64,000 nucleotides of DNA, from contig NC_086108.1 in the NCBI RefSeq assembly GCF_963921235.1, positions 14,446,001-14,510,000 of the forward strand, in the 5' to 3' direction. Positions within the stretch are counted from its first letter, which is position 1. Each line of letters starts with the position of its first letter. Positions 58,926 through 64,000 of this stretch are shown here, one piece after another. Origin of the DNA: Mobula hypostoma (lineage: Eukaryota). The translations under genes were made by a program, and so were the position numbers. The notes under the pieces are model-generated. The model was not told the DNA's origin. It saw only the letters and a list, made by a program, of their open reading frames with translations, and did no database searches.

Positions 58926-61778
58926 AGATATGTTATTAAGATATGTCTTCTTTTACAATTAAGATATGTCTTCTTTATTAGATACTTCCATTACAATGAA
59001 TGAGATTAAGAATGTTATTTTTTCTATGAATCTGGGGAAAGCTCCTGGCCCTGATGGGTTTACTGTTGAATTTTATAAATGTTTTGCTTCTTTATTGATT
59101 CCTTGGCTCTATAAGGTTTTTGAGGCTTCTTTGAAACTTGGTAAACTTCCGGAATCTTTTAATAGAGCATCAATTTCTTTAATACTAAAGAAGGATAAAG
59201 ACCCTGCTCAATGTGCATCTTATAGACCAATATCTTTATTAAATGTTGATTCTAAAGTTTTTTCTAAGTTATTAGCAAATAGACTAGAAAAAGTACTTCC
59301 TTCTATTATTTCGGAAGACCAAACGGGTTTTATTAAAGGTCGTTACTCTTTTTATAATATTCGTACATTGTTAAATATCGTTTATACTCCCTCACAAAAT
59401 GTTCCTGAGTGTGTTATTTCTTTAGATGCCGAGAAAGCTTTTGATAGAGTAGAATGGCCTTATTTATTTAAGGTGCTTGAAATGTTTAATTTTAGCTTGA
59501 AATTTATATCCTGGATTAAACTGTTATATCACTCCCCTCTAGCCTCGGTTCGTACTAACTCTTTAAATTCACCTTTTTTTCCTCTCTTTCGTGGTACTCG
59601 ACAAGGCTGTCCTCTTAGTCCCCTATTATTTGATATTGCATTAGAACCTCTTGCAATTGCTATTCGAGAATCTTCAAATATTACTGGGATAACTCGGGGA
59701 TTAAAGTCCCATAAATTATCACTCTATGCTGATGATTTACTTTTATATATTTCTAATCCTGAGAGATCTATTCCTGCTGTTTTAGAGTTATTAGCACAAT
59801 TTGGTCTTTTCTCAGGTTATAAATTAAATCTTAGTAAGAGTGAACTTTTTCCGATTAATAAACATCTTCCCTTATATTATAAATTTCCATTTAAATTGAT
59901 TAATAATTACCTTTCATATCTTGGGATTAAAATTACTTGTAAACATAAAGATTTATTTAAGACTAACTTTTTACCATTAATAGACCATATTACTCAACTT
60001 TCATCTAAATGGTTTCCCTTATATTTAACTTTGATTGGTCGTATTAATGCAGTTAAGATGTTTTTTTTGCCAAAATTTTTATATGTGTTTCAGGCATTAG
60101 CAATTTTCGTTCCTAAATCTTTTTTTGATAAAGTCGACTCTAAAATTTCTTCATTTATTTGGCAGAATAAGAATCCGAGACTGGGTAAAATACATTTACA
60201 GAAAGCTAAGAGAGATGGAGGTTTAGCATTACCTAACTTTAGATTTTATTATTGGGCTATTAATATTCGACATATGAAATTTTGGTTACTTGACCGGGAT
60301 ATACTATCTATTCCTAAATGGGTAGCATTGGAATTACAATCTGTTCAGGGTTATACACTTGGTTCTATTTTAGGTTCATCTCTTCCTTTTGATTCGAAAT
60401 GCCTTAAGCAGGTCTCTAACCCGATCGTTAAATATGCTTTGCGTATTTGGTTTCAATTCAGAAAATTTTTTGATCTTAATCAATTCGGGTTAGCGATTCC
60501 TATTTTAGGTAACATATTTTTTCCTCCCTCTTTTACGGATCGCGCTTTTCAAACTTGGAAGACTAAGGGTATTTTACGGTTTTTGGATTTATTTTTAGAT
60601 GGTTCCCTTATGTCTTTTGAACAATTATCTAATAAATATAACTTATCAAGAATACATTTTTTTAGATATTTACAAGTTAGAAATTTCCTAAGTACTATAC
60701 TTTCTTCCTTTCCAATGCTTCCTCCTATATATATTTTAGATTCGATAATTAACCTTAATCCATGTCAGAAAGGTGCATCGGCTATGATTTATAATATTAT
60801 TATGAAACTTAGGAAAGCTCCATTTGATAAGATTAGGGTAGATTGGGAACAGGAATTGGGGCTTACCATTTCTGTGGATGATTGGGGGCAGATTTTACAA
60901 TTAGTTAATACTTCTTCTATTTGTGCTAAACATTCCCTAATTCAATTTAAAGTGGTGCATAGAGCACATATGTCCAAAGATAAGTTAGCGCGTTTTTACT
61001 CGCATATTAATCCTTTCTGTGATAGATGTTCGGGGCAGATAGCCTCTTTAACTCATATGTTTTGGTCTTGCCCTACTTTGGAAACTTTTTGGAGAGATAT
61101 TTTCAATATTATTTCTAAGGTATTAAATATAGATATCTCTCCTCACCCTATTACTGCTATCTTTGGACTACCTAAAATTTCTAGTAATCTTTCCCCTTCA
61201 GCCCGTAGAATGATTGCATTTCTTACTTTAATGGCGAAAAGATGTATCTTACAACATTGGAAAGAGCTTAATGCTCCAACTACCTTTTTTTGGTTTTCTC
61301 AGACGATTTTATGTTTGAATCTGGAGAAAATTAGAAGTAACCTTTATGATTCTTCATTTAAATTTGAACAGATTTGGGGACCTTTTATTCGATATTTTCA
61401 TTTAATGTAATATTTACCCTTCTTGTTTTTTTTCACTGTTTTAATGGAGGTCGGGATTGAGGACGTGATTTTAAGTTTAACTCTGTTTGGTTTCAAGTTA
61501 GCCCATTGCTTTGCTTTGCTTTTAGTTAGTTGCACGGTGGGGTTTTTTTTGGGGTTTTTTTTTTCTTTTTTTCCATTGATATATATAAAATCTAGTATAC
61601 TATTATGTTATCTTGGTTTCTTATGCTTAAATTACATTGTTTGTAGTATTTTCTTTTTGGTATTGTTATCTTTTGGAATTTTATTATACTTTAACATTGT
61701 ATTAATGTTTATATGGCTTACCTTTTTTGTATACTTACTCAATAAAAAGATTTAAAAAGAAAAAAAAAGAAAGAAAGA
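58926..61778 (+). mobile_element. 5'-truncated young L1 of the same family nested in the host L1 inter-ORF spacer
   Basis: 10-bp TSD aagacaaaca (58916-58925, 61779-61788) at a tt/aagac site; AATAAA 61741-61746 and an A/(aaag)n tail. Confidence 0.93.
58966..61410 (+). CDS. Uninterrupted 814-aa L1 ORF2 C-terminal portion (RT + Cys domain; no endonuclease)
   Basis: Open frame with KAPGPDG, RGTRQGCPLSP, LYADD, CDRC..H...C; 5'-truncated, so probably not expressed. Confidence 0.8.
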   Translation: MSSLLDTSITMNEIKNVIFSMNLGKAPGPDGFTVEFYKCFASLLIPWLYKVFEASLKLGKLPESFNRASISLILKKDKDPAQCASYRPISLLNVDSKVFSKLLANRLEKVLPSIISEDQTGFIKGRYSFYNIRTLLNIVYTPSQNVPECVISLDAEKAFDRVEWPYLFKVLEMFNFSLKFISWIKLLYHSPLASVRTNSLNSPFFPLFRGTRQGCPLSPLLFDIALEPLAIAIRESSNITGITRGLKSHKLSLYADDLLLYISNPERSIPAVLELLAQFGLFSGYKLNLSKSELFPINKHLPLYYKFPFKLINNYLSYLGIKITCKHKDLFKTNFLPLIDHITQLSSKWFPLYLTLIGRINAVKMFFLPKFLYVFQALAIFVPKSFFDKVDSKISSFIWQNKNPRLGKIHLQKAKRDGGLALPNFRFYYWAINIRHMKFWLLDRDILSIPKWVALELQSVQGYTLGSILGSSLPFDSKCLKQVSNPIVKYALRIWFQFRKFFDLNQFGLAIPILGNIFFPPSFTDRAFQTWKTKGILRFLDLFLDGSLMSFEQLSNKYNLSRIHFFRYLQVRNFLSTILSSFPMLPPIYILDSIINLNPCQKGASAMIYNIIMKLRKAPFDKIRVDWEQELGLTISVDDWGQILQLVNTSSICAKHSLIQFKVVHRAHMSKDKLARFYSHINPFCDRCSGQIASLTHMFWSCPTLETFWRDIFNIISKVLNIDISPHPITAIFGLPKISSNLSPSARRMIAFLTLMAKRCILQHWKELNAPTTFFWFSQTILCLNLEKIRSNLYDSSFKFEQIWGPFIRYFHLM

Positions 61779-62146
61779 AAGACAAACACAATATAATACA
61801 AAGAAAAAGCCAGTAAATATAAAGAAAACTGTAACGAACAACAGACCCTATGATTAAACAAAAATAAAGAAACGAGATAATTAACATAGACTAGTTAGGA
61901 AAAACTACAAAAAGTACATTTGAAAACTACAAAGTTTAAGGCCTCAAAGGAAATACGTGAAATGATGCTGAGGAACTAACCACCCAGAGTCCCCAGGGAA
62001 AAAGAAAGGAATGATGCAGTTGAGAAAAAGTTTGGCAACCGTATTAATTAACCAAAAATAAACTTTTTTGCCCATATAAAGCAAAAAAAAATTAAACTCA
62101 ACAGATTAACAGCCTCCGATCAAACGGAGATAATTAAAAATTATGA

Positions 62147-62980
62147 TTAAGATGTTGAAGGTGAAAATTGATCCAGGTAACTCTGGGCATCCAACGGAGA
62201 ATCAAAAAAACGGAAAGCTCCGTCAGGCGTGTGGATCCTTAAACGCACTGGGTAAAGCAGCACTGGTTTTAAATCCATCTTGTAGAGTTCCGACATCACA
62301 GATCTGTAACGAACACGTTGATCCCGAATCTGTTTACTGAAGTCTTCCACGAACTGAAAATGAAGATCCGAAAAATCAATGTAACCTTTAGGTCGAGCGA
62401 ATCGAAGCAATTTCTCCTTGTCTTGAAAGTAATGAAATCGTAGAATAACTTGTCGAGGTTTATCTGACTTAGACGAATATGATGGAACTCTGTGCGCCCG
62501 ATCCAATAAAGGAAATACGGTAGGAAATGAATCTTTTAAAAGTTGAGAAAAAAACTTTATAGGGTTGTCAGATTCAGCAGCTTCACGAATACCAATAATT
62601 CGAATATTCTGCCGTCACATTCTGGATTCTAAGTCAGAGTTTTTAAAAGTCAGAAAGTCAAGTTTTTTCTTCATTACAGTAATTGTTTCTTCAATTTTCC
62701 CCATCTTGAGTTCATTTTGTTGCGTGGATTTTTGAAGATTAAATATAGCAGACTGATGTTCCGTGATAGATGTTTGCATTTCATCGATTGCATCGGCAAT
62801 TTTCTGGAGATTAATTGAAATTTCCGCACGAATCAGCTCCGTTATAGAGGTTGAAATTTCCCTTTGAATTAGATCCGATATAGCTTTCAAAGTTAACGGT
62901 GGTTCAGTCGGAGGAAGATCGGTACCTTTCAGTCTAACCGGAGGTTTGCCGTCTTTCCCATTTTTCCCGTTCTTAGACAT
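62147..62980 (-). pseudogene. L1 ORF1 (coiled-coil + RRM + CTD), frameshifted
   Basis: MSKNGKNG... coiled coil ending DLESR, then DRAHRV..KPRQVILRFH.FQDKE, EDFS, LLYPVRLRI. Confidence 0.88.
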
Positions 62981-63165
62981 AGCAGACCATAAAAACATCC
63001 GAATATCAAAAAAACACAATTTGTTTCAAAGTATTATAAAAGTCGATGCCTTAATGGTTAGCTTAAATATAGCTGATCATAGGAAAAAAACTCAGAGGTA
63101 ATGGAGCGAGTCAAGAACACGACTTCACTCCATGAGCTCTACCGGAAGTCCCCATCAGGCAAATC

Positions 63166-63910
63166 AAGGTGGATAAATTCCCACGGTCAAACAAGGTGTT
63201 CCCTCGGACCCTACAGGAGGCAAGTGCAGAAATTGCAGGGGCTCTAGCAGAGATATTTAAAGCATCCTTAGCAACAGAAGAGGTACCAGAGGTACTAGAT
63301 GTGTCAGAATAAAGAAAACAAGCATAGGGAGCATTGGTTTTCATGAGATATTGAGGCCCTGTTTAATAAAAAAAAAAGGTGCTATATGGTATAGGCTTTA
63401 GCTTCAAAGTAAATGTGCAAAGAGATAGGTATGGTCTGTTGGTTAAGATTCAGAATTGGAGGAGGGCTGAGTTTGATGCTATCAGAAATGATCTAGTGAG
63501 TGTGGATGGGACAGACTGTTTTCTGGCAGAGGAGTACTTTGAAGGTGGGAGGCCTTCAAAAATGAAATGTTGAGAGTACAAAGCTCCTATTTGCCTGTGA
63601 GAATAAAAGGTAAAGATAACAAGTGCAGAGTCCCTTGGTTTTCAAGAGACATTGAGGCCCTGGTTAAGAAAAAACAAGGAGGTGCATAGCAGGTAAAGGC
63701 AAGTAGGAACAAATGAAGTGCTTATGGAGTACAAGAAATGAAAGAGAACACAATGAACGTTGCTCTAGCAGACAAGGTGAAAGATAATCTCAAGGGACTC
63801 AACAGGTATGTTAAGAGCAAAAGGATTGCAAGGGACAAAACTGGTCTTCTGGAAGACCAAAATGGTGATCCAGGTATGGAGCCAAAACAGGGGGGAGATC
63901 ATATTCGCAG
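63166..63910 (+). mobile_element. Shuffled CR1 fragments
   Basis: Three non-collinear pieces matching 6195-6330, 5565-5760 and 5780-6080 of the CR1 at 4530-7750. Confidence 0.75.
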
Positions 63911-64000
63911 TTATTTTGTAAATAACACTACTCTTTGCATTTCTGATGCATTTCATTGGCTTTGTATCTGTACTCGGCACAATGCAAATAAAGTTGAATC

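Larger units (their letters stand above)
54429..63153 (-). mobile_element. Full-length L1 retrotransposon (about 5.9 kb excluding the nested insert), ORFs disrupted
   Basis: 12-bp TSD atcaggcaaatc (54417-54428, 63154-63165); 5' end ggggacttccggt; ORF1 and ORF2 remnants; 3' AATAAA and A-rich tail at about 54430-54450. Confidence 0.93.

Noticed and set aside
54429..63153. Twin-priming inversion or assembly duplication as the cause of the inverted L1s
   Set aside because: Both copies have their own 3' tail and TSD and differ in sequence; twin priming does not duplicate the 3' half.
46768..64000. Next CACNA1E exon (expected to start G-S/T-P-L-A-R-A-S...)
   Set aside because: Not found by eye; it presumably lies beyond the window. 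The preceding pore-loop exon was likewise not found in 1-3964.

Overview
Eukaryotic genomic DNA, almost certainly a cartilaginous fish (ray/skate-type repeat set: CR1, Rex1/Babar, Penelope-like, V-SINE, L1, Gypsy, Tc1/hAT/Harbinger; taxon is inferred, not proven). The only host gene visible is on the + strand: four short coding exons (3965-4068, 18775-18890, 30646-30702, 46678-46767). They splice in frame with GT-AG boundaries and encode the end of the domain-I pore loop, IS6, the AID and the I-II linker of a Cav2 calcium-channel alpha1 subunit, best matching CACNA1E (Cav2.3). The introns (about 14.7, 11.8, 16.0 and >17 kb) are filled with nested transposable elements. The most notable items are: (1) Penelope-like element tails carrying minimal, dimer-type hammerhead ribozyme motifs in the sense strand of the pre-mRNA; (2) a perfect 60-bp Penelope-derived hairpin with a 15-bp TSD just downstream of a splice donor; (3) a full-length L1 with a young same-family L1 inserted in the opposite orientation, giving a 2.8-kb-arm inverted repeat and a stuttered 5' junction; (4) a decayed class-I retroviral pol (RNase H) fragment missed by the ORF track; (5) a Russian-doll hAT/hAT/Tigger/Penelope composite. 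I found no clearly new biological system. The best candidate is the Penelope-derived ribozyme/hairpin set inside a neuronal channel pre-mRNA. TE boundaries are approximate unless a TSD is quoted.
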